Shown one piece after another: positions 11,562 through 24,156 of a stretch of 64,000 bases of DNA. The stretch spans positions 1 to 64,000 of the forward strand of contig JAQGDQ010000071.1 in the NCBI GenBank assembly GCA_030141605.1. Reading direction: 5' to 3'. Within the stretch, counting starts at the first letter, position 1. Each line of letters opens with the position of its first letter. This DNA is from Tubiluchus corallicola (taxonomy: Eukaryota > Animalia > Priapulida). The position numbers and the translations under genes were made by a program. Below the pieces are notes generated by a model. It was not told the origin of the DNA. It was given only the letters and a program-made list of their open reading frames with translations, and made no database searches.

Positions 11562-12038
11562 CAGGGTCGGCAAAAGGGCAAGGTGACCTTGGCGATTGCC
11601 TAGCGCCTCTCATGTTAAAGGCCTCGTGCTTTGACCTTGAAAAGAAAAAATTGTTTGTCTCCTACCTGCTTACGGCGCGGGAGATTGGGAGCGATTTCGC
11701 CTCAAGGAAAGCCCGACAAGTTAACTTACCAAGATGGAGTAGGATACTTCAGTATATTTGTGTGTTTTTGAAATTCAGTGTATGTAGTTTAGTAGGCTCT
11801 AAATAACCGTAATAGAAATTCTAAATGTGAATGAACAATGTTCTTTTCATTTTAGCTGAGAAATACACTTTAATTGCCTTAAAATCCATAGAATTTCACC
11901 TTAGTTTTCAAAAAAAATTTGGAAACCCCTAACTTGGTCCCCCTAACCCCTCGCTAGTTTCTGTGCCCTGGACCCTGTGGGTACTTTGCCACCAAGCCTC
12001 CACGCCAGGGCCTCGCATTTGCTCTCTTATTGACCCTG
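11562..12038. mobile_element. hAT-like MITE
   Basis: CAGGGTC...GACCCTG termini; 8-bp TSD aatgttat / attgttat. Confidence 0.7.
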
Positions 12039-12103
12039 ATTGTTATTATAGATCTATAAAATTATCATAATGCTAAATTATCGTTAAGCATTTCTTTTAT
12101 CAG

Positions 12104-12344
12104 CCATAAAATATAGATGTCCACCACCGTATGAAAATTTTGATGGACAAGCTACACGGTGTATAAAATTTGGCTCAGAATCTGGGAAGCGTGATGCAGG
12201 TTGGGCATTGTGTTCTTACATTGAGTGTGAAGACGGATCAATTTCTAAACAATGTGGACTTAACAATGCGGACACGTTTGTGCTTTCTGATTCCACGGAG
12301 CTAGAAGCTCTTTCATCATTTGTGCTGGATCATACTGAAGAACC
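12104..12344 (+). CDS. Exon 8: N-terminal part of divergent CTLD C
   Basis: ttttatcag acceptor; RCPPPYENFDGQATRCIKF..WALCS..ELEALSSFV; donor CC|GTAAGT (phase 2); not in ORF track. Confidence 0.82.
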
Positions 12345-12419
12345 GTAAGTTTTTAAACGCTTGAGTAGTTAACGCAGCAGTTTGTATTGCATGGGGGAAA
12401 ATTTTGTCAGTGAAAATCA

Positions 12420-14268
12420 TTAAAGGAAGACAGGATGATTTTTCATATACTACCCCAGTTTCATGTCCGATAAAAAGTAAACTTTTTAACACAATTAATA
12501 CTGCAGACGCGTTTCTGATAATTAAATAATAGATTAAAAACTTCATTAACGGCAGGCGAGCCCAACTATTGATGACATCACAAACTAGCATAATTTTCAA
12601 CATCAAAAAATTCCATGAGCGTGTTGCACGTGTTTGTGAGAGAGAAAATTGAAGTACAGTGCTACTGTAAGATATTCAGTGTGTTGTACTAAAACTAGAC
12701 AAGTTTTAAGATAAAAATTCAGCTGTGCTGACGCATGTGTAATGGCCCGTGCATACAGGGGCAGACCATAGGGGCCAATTAATGGTAGTCGCTGCTAAGT
12801 TCGATCAGTTCCTTGGCCGAGCTAGGGGCACTAACCGACTGCCCACTAAAGAAACAGACAATAGCTGAGCGTAGGCAGACTCTACGGGGGCTCTACCTAA
12901 ATAGCATGGATTCTTTTATGGTGGGATTGATCAAAAACAGGCTTCCCATCTATACCCTAAAAGCGAAACTGTAACCAGTCGAATAAATGACAAAATATTA
13001 AGTTTAATGACACAAACAAAAACAGTTGTATAATTGAGCTTTTTGTGAACAATGGAAATTAGTAATAAACGAAAGTAAGTCTGAAAACGCTACTAAACAG
13101 CATGGCATGAAATAAATGCAATGACAAAACATACAAAAATCATACAGTGTTCCTAACTTTTTAAATGGTTCCTACTTACTCTACCAGCCACCCCAAAATG
13201 CGTACGCTAGCATAGTATATTCTCCAGACACGTGTAGATTGTGGCCATAGTCCTTTAGAACGACTAAAGTGTGGTTTAAACTTCATCTAACGGGTTCACA
13301 ACTCCCACAGTGATGACGCAAAAAGTCTGAGAGAAACGTAGCTAAATGTTTCAACGTAAGTCTATCAAAGGGTGACGTGTGAACGTAGTTGTAGGGACAC
13401 ATGCGTTCGGAAATTCACATCAAAAACAAGTTCTCCCTCTGGCGCCAATTAATGATAACGTAAGTAAACAGGTACCTTTGCCTTCCGGTTTATTGGCATA
13501 CAGTTCCTACCCGGGCAGTGACGACTTCTCCGTCCCATGCGATGGAGTATCGAGCTGGGCACCTTTCCAACTGCACGACGGTGCTTTCACATGATCCGAA
13601 ACGACATCTTCCCGGCATGGTAAGATCAGCAAAGCCAGGTAAACCAATGAGTGGACATCTTCCACCACCACAAATAGATCATTAGCTTTTCAAACGTCAG
13701 CTAATGGACAATCAGGTAAAACGTAAAAACGCAGTTTAACCAACCAAAGTCAAGTTGCATATCCTGTCCGAGAAATCTGTGTCATGAACGTACAGAAATC
13801 CATGTGTTTGGCTTCAATCCGCTTAAATGCACCAACGTACAGTTACACGTTTAACCCAACCCAGGGGGGGGACTAACATTCCCTAAACTAACAAATAGTA
13901 TTACCTAGTTGATTATAACAATCTAGAAACAATTTACACTTAGTGAACATAAGTAAAGAAAAGCTGGTGTCAAAATCAGAAAATAAAGCTTAATGTTTAT
14001 CTGCAAGTTAAAGTACGGCTCTATGATTTAACCTGGGTCCTTACACATGAGCTGTCGGATGTGTGCAGCTTGTCACAATCTAACACATCTGAACTGACAG
14101 GTACAGCACCTGTTTTTTGTACAATAGGTTTCCGAAATGCAGGTGCTTGGTGCCAGTGGCCAAAAGCATGTAACAGTGAAGAACTAGTGGTGCGAACGTG
14201 AAATTGTGTTTATGTGGTAATAATTCTTTCATGTAAGTCATTCTTTAAAAATAGTATGTTTCCTTTCA
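12420..14268 (+). mobile_element. Kolobok-like MITE split by a solo LTR
   Basis: 12420-12737 plus 14046-14268 together match the reverse complement of 15958-16505; TTAA-AGG...CCT-TT ends. Confidence 0.75.
12738..14045. mobile_element. Solo LTR (Gypsy-type 4-bp TSD)
   Basis: TGTAATGGCCC...GGGTCCTTACA termini flanked by CATG (12734-12737 and 14046-14049). Confidence 0.8.
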
Positions 14269-15957
14269 ATATTTTAAAGAGTAGATCGCTTTGACATGCA
14301 GTTTAACATTGGGTGCAGTTTGCTTTACAAGTTTTTTAATATCTCCGTCAAAATGTAAATTTAAGTCTTTTTTTGCTTTAACTTCATTATTTGGCAAAAT
14401 AACAGTAAGATACAATCACTTGTTAATTCATTCACATTTGTTTACAAAGCATCAACTAAAATACATTAAAATTCACAAAAATACTAATAGATTCTCTAAT
14501 TATAAAACATTTCTGGGAAATCCTCTAAGTAAAATCGAATATCGGTAAGATTTATATGAATATAACTACAAATGGATGGCACGTAATTTGACATTACAAC
14601 GTATAATTATTCAGATTAACAACGCACTAAATTTAGATTTCAAATTTTACCTCATTGAAGTTGTTGCATCCTTGACTAAAATTGTTGCTTGTTGATTAGA
14701 TTTGACATTAAACAAGTACCTCGTTCATTAGCAAGTGAAATTTATACTTCAATCATTGCTTGGCATTGTTAGTAAATTTGTCAGAGTTTGTGCTGTAAGC
14801 TATTGATGTGTAACATTAAGTATTGTAGAATTAGAATATTGGAGTGCTCTTCCCGTTTTCATACGACCTCCTACCATTGGTTGTTTTGTTAGTTCTTTGA
14901 AACTAATCTGCACATCAATAGACCCAAATATTACTCATACGGTTCACCCCCTAATTGTACTCATCAACACGACTAAGGGTGGCTTTCTCTCAGTTAAAAG
15001 AGGATTTTACTCCTTCAGGACCCCATCATTCAAAATAGGTTTTACAAGACCAATTACTTTTCTACTACTGTATGAGCATAACTAGATGATTACAAATTAC
15101 ATACTTTTTATCCAGGGAAATCTCAGCTATCCAATTATGCTATTTGCTTAAACATCTATAAGTGATCTAATTTGATAAAATTAAGAAAAATACGCCCTTT
15201 TCTGGCACTCCAGCTTAGCCTATTGAATAGCTTTATCTGGTGTTCACTTGCGTGATCGTACACACTATTTAACTCATCACCTGCTTGCTACAGCCCAAGC
15301 TGTGCAGTGTTCTGTTGCTATTCCAGGAAAAAACAACCAAGGACAAATTAAGGTCGTGTCATCTTTTAACAGGAATTTCTCCTTAAAGATAGAGTAGACT
15401 TGAGGCCAAAGTGTATCAGAGTGTTGTGTCTGGATAGTTGAAATTTTCTGCATTAGCTATTTAGCACAAGTTATAGTGTATTTTGTTACAGTGCAAATAC
15501 TGCAGCTGCTGAAAGCTTTTTTCAATTTTTTTGTCAAAATTATTCGATTTTTAATTCGTCTAAGGTAAGCAAATGCAAATGTCATATATAATTTTGCATT
15601 AAAACCCATTGTGTGAGTTGTAGAAACCTACAAAAATTACCAAATACAACGTAATCGCTGCTTAGTGAAAGCAGTTTTTCATGAACCAATGCAAAATGTA
15701 GCAAACGCTTCGGTCCTGAAGGAGTTTTAAACAGCCACGGCTGTAAAGATTCGACAGGTGACATTGTTCTTAAAAATTGTATCTGCGATTTTCAAATTGA
15801 CATTATTACACATTTGTTGCTCGATTCCCCTTTGCATGTTGTTAGTAGAAAGGAACTTGAAGAGTGACTAACAATCCTATACCAGAAAAACACATTACAT
15901 TTTAATATAAATAACCTTGACCCACAATTAAAAATTTCAAGCAAAACCGGACCCAAC

Positions 15958-16505
15958 CTTAAAGGAAACGTATATTAATTCAAAAATGACTTACGTGAAA
16001 TAATTATTACCACACAAACGCAGTTTCATGTTCGCTCCACTAGTTCTTTGCTGTTACATGCAATTCGCCATTCGTTAGTTAGACGGGCACTAGCGCCTGC
16101 ATTTCCGAAATGCATTGCACAAAAAACAAGTGCTGTACCTCTCGGTTCAGATGTGTTAGTTTGTGACGAACTACACACGTTCGACAGCTCATGCGTAAGT
16201 GCAGCCGTAAATTTGAAACTTGAATTTTTATCTTAAACTTGCCTAGTTTTAGTACAACACACAAAATATCCTACAGCAGCACTGTTCTTCAATTTCCTCT
16301 TTCTCAAACACGTGCAACGCGCTCGCTAAATATTTTTGCTGCTGAAAATTATGTTAGTTTGTGATGTCATCAATGGAGGGCTTGCCCTCCGTTAGTTAAG
16401 TTTATAATATATACCTTCATTATCAGAAATGCTTTTGTACTATTAATTGTATGCTTTTATCAGACTTGAAATGGGGTAGTATATGAAAAATTATCTTCCT
16501 TTCAG
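15958..16505 (-). mobile_element. Kolobok-like MITE, uninterrupted copy
   Basis: Inverted copy of the 12420-14268 element without the LTR. Confidence 0.75.
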
Positions 16506-16797
16506 TTTTTCATTCTAGAAGTTCTCCACTAAGTTATTAACAGAACATCATTTTATTTGACCTGGTACAGCAACGTATTCACTCGTCTAACAGTTTTAAT
16601 TATTTTAATTAACAATTGGAATAGTTATGTATTTTTTGGGATAGACTCGTCTTTCCTGTCAAACTGCACTCCTGTAAATTTTGCAGCCTAGGGCAACCCG
16701 ATGAGCATTTATTTGCTTTTTACCAAAGGCAGACATTTCAAACAGATATGTTTTATAAAATATATTGCAGAGAAAATTACCTTTTCATTTTAAACAG

Positions 16798-16877
16798 TGT
16801 GTGGCTTGGCCTGAGGCTGGATGATGGCACTGTGTATGGAGGATATGAAGGTACATCTGTAGACTTGTCCAACTATG
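16798..16877 (+). CDS. Exon 9: CTLD C, WLGL strand
   Basis: Phase-2 start gives PVWLGLRLDDG (WIGL-type motif); donor G|GTGAGT. Confidence 0.85.
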
Positions 16878-17400
16878 GTGAGTGAAAAAAATAATTAGGA
16901 AATACATTCATTGAATTTACTTGAATAATACAAGCACTAATGTAAAGCTGTGAGAAGGAGTGAAAAATAAAAAGTGAGTAAGAAAAAGAGAGGGACGGAA
17001 GATAAAGAGAAAGAAAGCAATGTTAACAGTGTTTAATGATACCTCAAGTATTTGGCCAATATTATGCCAGACTCCTGCCTTTAAATGCTAGTTTGTAATA
17101 CTCTCAATATTTAGCTACAGTGACATTTCATCACTACTGCTTCTAACTGCATAAACACCAATATGAAAGCGTCCCAAAATGGGACGTTATGCATAAATGC
17201 ATTAAAAGTTAGGAGTAGCTGGAGGTTGAATTTGTCTATTTTTTACCTACCCCTCTAACAATAAGTGTACTCCCAAGTCCCGACTCCAACTCCAAAACCC
17301 TAATTTCTAACAACTCTGACTCCTTTAACAATAAATTTACTGCTGACTCCACATCTACGGTACAGCCCTGCTTATCAGCAATGTTTTTTTTTCCATTCAG

Positions 17401-17547
17401 GACTTGTAGTTGAAGGAGACGTTGACGACGGTTGCCTAGCTTACGTCCCGAGTTCTGGAACTAATGTCGTCCGTTACTTTCCGTGTCAGGAGCAGCTTCA
17501 GTACATTTGTGAAGTGCGGTTATTGCCCGAACGCGCTTACCTGCCAG
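17401..17547 (+). CDS. Exon 10: C-terminal part of CTLD C
   Basis: Strong acceptor; DDGCLAY..YFPCQEQLQYICEV; donor G|GTGAGT. Confidence 0.87.
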
Positions 17548-17694
17548 GTGAGTTTCAGTTTTGTTCACAAGACACAACGACTTCGGTTTTGTCAGTTAAG
17601 ACATGATTACAACTTTACAGTAACTTTCTTATTACTAAAGGCGGTTATCGCTCTTTTATTACTAAATCATTCTAACATTTTTCGCAAACATAAG

Positions 17695-17830
17695 CTTAAC
17701 TTCCGAAAAGAGTTAACCTTTCTTTTAAATAACTTCCGAAAAGAGTTAGCCTTTCCTTTAAATAACTTCCGAAAAGAGTTAGCCTTTCCTTTAAATAACT
17801 TCCGAAAGGAGTTAGCCTTTCCTTTAAATA
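17695..17830. repeat. 33-bp tandem repeat, 4 copies
   Basis: aataacttccgaaaagagttagcctttccttta. Confidence 0.9.
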
Positions 17831-17912
17831 TGTCTGCACAACTATAATATGTGTCAAATTCAACATCTGTATATCTGTGTGAGACGGTATTAATTTTTTA
17901 TGATATATTCAG

Positions 17913-18087
17913 AAAGTTATATTTGTCCTTCTGGTTATAACTACGTACCAAGAACGTACAGCTGTGTGAGAGTAAGTGAAGCTATGGACTTTTCCTCTGC
18001 TACTGATGCCTGTCAAGATGATGAAACAATGTTTACTGGAATGCTGAGAGACAATAACGTGTACAAGTGGATAAAATTAGCTAATAT
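17913..18087 (+). CDS. Exon 11: N-terminal part of CTLD D
   Basis: ICPSGYNYVPRTYSCVRV..FSSATDACQDD; donor AT|GTAAGT (phase 2). Confidence 0.87.
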
Positions 18088-18207
18088 GTAAGTAAAGCTA
18101 TTTATGATGTAAAGTTTAACTTATCACTGATCTTCTGCCATATTTGCTGCTCAGCAATTAGTTGATCATCTTTTTTGAAATTTGTCTGAAATTTGTGTTT
18201 GGGTTAC

Positions 18208-18604
18208 CAGGGGCGTATTAACCAGTAAACTAGACTATAGCCTAGTGCGCCAAAGTCGGAGGGCGTCACATTTTAGAAAAATTCTTATACCTCGGAAAAT
18301 GTGTGTACTTTCATGTTCATTTAAAGGGCACATTTTATAACACACCACAGGCAGTTAGTAGGCTCAGCTTTTATATTATGTGCCACATAACGAACAGGCG
18401 CGAGCTATTACACAAACAGCTGTGCAGTCTGTTTAAATATAAGTCCTGTGCAAATACATGTAATTAGTAATGACCACATAGAAACCAGGTTAACAATGTT
18501 TCTAATACACCACAAGTAATTGTTTTATCCGCTCATTACATAAACAATTATAAAAAATTGAGAACTATTAGCCTAGGGCATGTTAAAGTCTTGATACGCC
18601 TCTG
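18208..18604. mobile_element. hAT-like MITE (copy at about 28002-28430; partial near 61840-62048)
   Basis: CAGGGGCGTAT...ATACGCCTCTG termini; internal similarity between copies. Confidence 0.7.
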
Positions 18605-18772
18605 GATATGACATTACTGAAGTTCTAGATCTGCGATGGCAAATTATGAATTTATTTGCTTTGCTATGTTAAAGTGCATTCAGTACCTGTTTAAAAGTTT
18701 AGCTATTCTCTTTTTGTTATAGTTAAGGCTTGAACACATGTTATCCATAAAAATGTGTGGATAAGACAAATA

Positions 18773-19281
18773 CCGGGTGTCTCAAAAGTTTCATACACTT
18801 TCATTTCTAATTTTCTTTTTACATTTTTCTCCAATCTCGGCAAGCTCCTAGAAGAATGAAACGGAATTCTTTTCATTTATTTTTTTACTCGAATTTGGTT
18901 GCTATGGTGACGAAAGGTAAAGTTAAAAATGAGGTCCTTCGATCACCGACTGGTGGAAATTCAGTGCACCAGATGGACCTCACTATTTTCTCACTATTAA
19001 CAATGGAGATTCCCAAAAAGGTGCAACCCTTTCTCACCACTCGTGAGCTGTGAGAGACTTTCTCAATGCAAGATGCCCGTCCTGCCAATGGATTGCTCTC
19101 TAAGCCTCTTGCGGTCCCTGAAGAAAGTAGCAAAAGTAGCAAAATCTGCTAGTGCAGTGCAGCTTTTCAGACTTTCGTCTAAGTTGACTAGAGAATTGCC
19201 AATGGTTTTAGTTCATCTGTATCGATTTTCAAACATTTTCTTTGTTTGTTAAAAAATGTAGAAAACTTATGCGACACCCTG
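18773..19281. mobile_element. Non-autonomous Tc1/mariner element
   Basis: TA|CCGGGTGTCTCAAAAGTTT...AAACTTATGCGACACCCTG|TA inverted ends with TA TSD. Confidence 0.8.
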
Positions 19282-19340
19282 TATTTAATGTTACCAAAAT
19301 TTGTTACGTAACTGCTAAAAAAACTTTTCTTGATTCGCAG

Positions 19341-19432
19341 ATTTGCTGAAGATTTTTGGCCAGGAATAAGATTCAGTGAATTTCACCAAAAATACTTATA
19401 TGCTGACAACAACGAAGTGTTTGGAGCTGCAG
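19341..19432 (+). CDS. Exon 12: CTLD D middle (FWPGI)
   Basis: ttcgcag acceptor, phase-2 start gives IFAEDFWPGIRFSE..YLYADN; donor G|GTTTGA. Confidence 0.8.
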
Positions 19433-20993
19433 GTTTGAAAAGTTACTTGTTTTACGTGTTTTTGTGACCTGTGCTGCGAGAACAATAGAAGCTAGACATA
19501 AGTGTTTAAATGAAAGAACAAATCACTCAATATGTTGGGTTTATTTTACTATTATCACTTAAACGTCGAAAAACGTAACAGAGAAATTTTCTAAAGAACT
19601 GCCTATTAAGCATGTATTTAAAATATATTACCTATGAAGAGAAATTTCCATTTGTGGTCGTTGCCGCCATTCACTTGAAAATCATGACGTAACTGGGAGA
19701 CTTCGTTACTTTTCCTATGAGCATCGTGGCTTTCCGAAAATGTGCACTGCTTAAACTAATTCAAACTTCTGCAGCTTACCTAATGTTCACACAAAAAACA
19801 TCTAATTTCTTTGTAAAAGCTTATACTTTTGACGAAGATTGACAATGCACTACTTTTCTTCAAGGCGAATGACGTCATTGGAAGAAGAATGGTCATTGAA
19901 AATGGAAGCGCCCAAGCATGAAATGATCGCGACTTTAAATTGATTTTACTAATTACACGAGGTGCTTATGGCAGTTTTATCACTAAATCCTTCTAACATT
20001 TTTCACAAACATTGAACTAAGCCTAACTTCCCAGAAAGCTTTGCTTTTCCATTTCTAGCAATTCACCATTTGTATTAAACATTTTTGGCACAAAATTGGA
20101 CTTAATTTTGACTTGGTACCAAGTGAAGTTGAAAAAAACTTTTCCTTTTACCAGTTGCGCTAAAACTGTAAAATTCGCACTTCATCATCGAACTTGCACC
20201 TTTCATTATAAATCAATGACGAGTTCTATAGTCTATTGATAGAGTTCCTGTACTTCATGCTGACTGACCTGGGTTCAATACTTGCTTCAGGCGGTATTAT
20301 GTGAAAATTTGTTTTGCTTAGCACGCGAGGGGAGAATGTATATCCGATCTGCGGTTGGCATCCGTGGATTAACTATTAAGCAAAATAAGCACGTTTTTAG
20401 GGGAAAATGGCCCTTTTATCCTGTTTTTTGCAAAAGTTATACTTCTTGCTAGAGAACAGGAACGTGACAAGGGTGGTGCTTATAAGGGTTAAATAGCCCG
20501 TTTGGTGATGGGTGTTATAGGCGTGTTTAGTTTTCACGGGCGGTCCACCGCGTCCTCTAGGTGTTTTTTATTGACTCAACTCCAATTTTTTGGACGTTTT
20601 GACTGAACAGCTTATAAAAAAAACATTCTAGCTGCGCGTGTTGGGACTCTTGGAAATTAAGAGATTCTTTGGAAAGTGGATAAATAGGGCTACGCGATGA
20701 CGTGGGTTATATTTTAGGACACCTACGCCAAGAGGAGTGGCAGCAAGTTGATTGGAGGTTCCATTTCGGGCTATTCTCGCTTAGATTTCTGTTGATGTTT
20801 TACATTGTCCTGACGTCATTCCATTGTACTCTGCCTACAACTTTAATTCTGTAAAAGTTGCAGACTCTGCGTTAAGTAAATAAATGAACACTAAATGTAG
20901 GATGTTTGTGCATTATTGATTATTGTGGGTTCTTTGCTAGTCCAGAAAGATTCTTTCGCTGTACAATTTTGCGTTTGTCTTCACTATGTTCAG

Positions 20994-21218
20994 ATGGTGG
21001 TGATTTGGCTGCTGGACCATGGAATGGAGATGCTGACTTCTGTTGGACAGACGGTCATCCATTTTGGGAGAATGTTTACTCCGATGATGACACAGACTGT
21101 GCTTATATGGCTCATGACTCTCATATACTCCAGGCCCCATGTGGAAATGGGTGGGGTAATCGTTCTGGGACACCTTGTGATACTCAGTGTGTACTCCCTT
21201 TTATTTGTGAATACACAG
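20994..21218 (+). CDS. Exon 13: C-terminal part of CTLD D
   Basis: CWTDGHP..TDCAYM..APCG..LPFICEY; donor G|GTAAGA. Confidence 0.87.
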
Positions 21219-21863
21219 GTAAGACTTTTTTCCAATAAACTAAGTTATGATTACTTTTTTCACTCAACATTGGCATGTATTTAAAATCCACCATTTACTT
21301 TTTAGTGTACCATAATTCTGTGAAACATTGTTGATTTATGACAGCTCTCATTTGCTATATCTTAGCGTAATGGAGCAAACGACGTACGTTTGCCATTCCT
21401 CTGTTTCCTGGAGCTTTCTTAGGGAATTCCGCCAGGTATCTTGTTGGTCATGTGACCACGATCATTCACCTGTGCACATCTGTTTTTACCTGGGCAAACA
21501 AGTTAGTTGGTAGACGTTAACAGGCTTCTTTACTTATTAGTGATAAAGCAGTTTTCGCAGTATGATTGTGTATATTTTGTTAGATATATTAGTAAATACT
21601 GCATTTGCTGAATGGAGACATATGATGTAAATAAATACATGATTTTTGTATTATTTTGGATCATTATAAACTGATAAATTTGCGTGCTTTAGTTTTAATT
21701 AATGTCAATCTTATCAATTTGGTAGAATGTCATATAAGTGAGTAAATTACCAGACTAGATTAATTTACAGCTTGATTTTGTGTTCAGTAAAGTTTACAAC
21801 TGCAGAATTATTCGTTATGCATTAAAATTCTTTCCAGTTTATTTTGTGTTTTTTCTATTTCAG

Positions 21864-21938
21864 CTCATTGTGAGATGTTACCTTGTGCAGAAGGGGAAAC
21901 CTGTAGGCCTCTGTACAATGGAGGATACGAGTGTGACG
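21864..21938 (+). CDS. Exon 14: 4-Cys truncated EGF-like module
   Basis: Strong acceptor; AHCEMLPCAEGETCRPLYNGGYECD; donor G|GTATGT; phase 1-1. Confidence 0.78.
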
Positions 21939-22220
21939 GTATGTAGATTTTCAATTGTTTCTCTTAGCTGATTTTTGCTTCTAGATTAGCTATCCCATCA
22001 GCATTTAATACAAGGCTTTCACAGAAGCAACATTAGATCACAGGTTGAATAACTTACAAGGTCAAATAGAACTTGCACCTAAAATTAGATTGGCCGTGTA
22101 ATAGTACAGTCTGTAATGATATTTATTCTAATCAACGTTGAGGTTAACAATATTGTCAGCCTAGGAGCATTCATACATTGTAATATTATAAAATAGTATC
22201 TACATAGGACTTACATTACT

Positions 22221-22715
22221 TCTTCTTCTTCTTCCCAGCTTTTCCCTATGTGGGGTCGCCGTTGTGAATGAGTCTTCTCCAAGCATTCCTGTTGTTGACC
22301 ATCTCTTCATTTATGTCTTCCCTTCCCACATGATCTTCACCGACTCTTCTTTTCAGGTGTCCATATCATCATCGCAATCTTGCGAGGCTTCCACTACTTT
22401 TACTGTTTCTCTGATAATTATTTCTAATTTTATATCTTCTTGTTATTCCCACCATCCATCTCAACATCCTCATCTCCACCACACCCATTTTCTTCTCTTC
22501 GGTCTTCTTTAGAGAAGCTGGTTCCAGCCCATAGATTAGAGCGGGTCTGACCACTTCTTTGTGGACTTTACCTTTAAGTCTCACCGACTCATTCATAGAA
22601 GGTTTTGGCGCAGTTTTTACAGGCAGATGCCCTTCCTGACCCTAACCCTCCCTATTTATCCGGGCTTGGGACCGACACTGAGTTGGGCTGGCTTCACCCC
22701 CCCCCCCCCAGTGGC
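22221..22715 (-). mobile_element. Internally deleted (bipartite) RTE-clade retroelement
   Basis: [39 protein letters not shown] end; (GAA)n tail; TSD taggacttacatYact at 22205-22220 and 22716-22731. Confidence 0.85.
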
Positions 22716-23029
22716 TAGGACTTACATCACTGCAATGTAGAATTTTTGTACAAACACGATGAGAATCTATATTTACTTGCGTCGTGAACAAGTCCAGCAT
22801 TGAGTGGCGTGCAGTTGGTCAAACTGTATAAGAAAGCTCAGCATCTCAGACGTTTTGTGGTGTAAATCTGTTGATCCTATGTTCAACTTTTACTTAAATA
22901 ATTAAAAGAAAGGTGATTGTTTGACATTGTGTTTGACAGACTCATGTAATCGGAAAAGAAATTTCTTAATAATTTAATATATTTAAATATGCACCTGGTA
23001 AAGTAACGCCTTTTTGTCACATTCGCGTG

Positions 23030-23375
23030 GCCGGCAAATAGAATGCGGCACCGTGATAACCATGATCATGAACTGCAGTGTTAGTTTCATGACGTCATAT
23101 GATGTAAAGCCCATTTTTCGTGACATCATGCGTTTAAGCAGTAACACTTATGCAAACGTGCTTGACGTACAGGGGAAGATTGACGTCTATCATTGGACAA
23201 ACTGTAGATAGATTCTACGTAAGCAATAGCTGTGTTCGGTTGCCGTTATTTAACCTCTAAGCCAATTATTCAAACATAAGAAACTTTGTTAACTTTTGCA
23301 GGCAAGAAAATGTATATTTTGGACAGCAAAAATTAAAATGAGATTGAGTCTAAACAATCATCCGGTCTTCCTTTA
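23030..23375 (-). mobile_element. Second TTAA-type MITE family (inverted copy at about 44344-44700)
   Basis: Shared tccaaaatatacattttcttgcct and gtgcagttcatgatcatg blocks. Confidence 0.65.
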
Positions 23376-24042
23376 AAATGAACGAATAAGATAACCAAGT
23401 AGGAAAGTGATTGTGCTATGTAAATTTTCTCAAGACAAATTTTAATAAGCAATTTAAATTAGAACAAAAGGAAATTTTAAAGTATATTGCAGAGAACTTT
23501 CCATACAAAGTTATATTACTTACGTTTACCTGTTTAAAAGGCTTAATTAAGTAATTGGAAAAGGAAATTCCTAATAATTTCAAATTACCACGCCATGATA
23601 AAGCTTCCCTGTATCAATATCCCAGTGTGCATCACTGGTTCATCATAAAACACATTATTCATCTTACTGACAATATAAAGTAATTTAAACTTTTGCTTAG
23701 TTAGTGAAGAGTACACCACGAATGGTCTGATTATTTTTTCAAACTTTACACAATGTTATCTAAGCTTGTTTCAAACGACTTAACGTTAAAATGGCTGCGC
23801 CTTATGGTCATCGCAGGAGTTTAAATTTACAAGTTTTATACAACATTACTGCCAGTGTAATCCCTGTGTGCAATAAAACAGCAAGTAACTGATGTAAAAT
23901 TATAAGATGAATTTTTTAAGTTTTTTCGTAAAGACTCTTTTCTTGTACTTTAAGCTCTATTCTAGCTCAAAACAGTCTACATCTAGATTACTAACAATGT
24001 CTCTTGACTTTTATACTCACAGTAATTGTATTTATTACTTAG

Positions 24043-24156
24043 GTGAAGATAACTGTGCTGGAATTGATTGCAAAAACGGTGGCAGTTGCATAGACAAGAT
24101 AGACAGTTTTTCATGTGTTTGTTTAACTGGTTTCAGAGGCAAATATTGTGAAATAG
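24043..24156 (+). CDS. Exon 15: EGF domain
   Basis: NCAGIDCKNGGSCIDKIDSFSCVCLTGFRGKYCEI; AG and GTAAGT sites. Confidence 0.93.

Noticed and set aside
12420-16505. A single 4-kb transposon with long terminal inverted repeats
   Set aside because: Resolves into two separate inverted MITE copies, one interrupted by an LTR; no transposase between them
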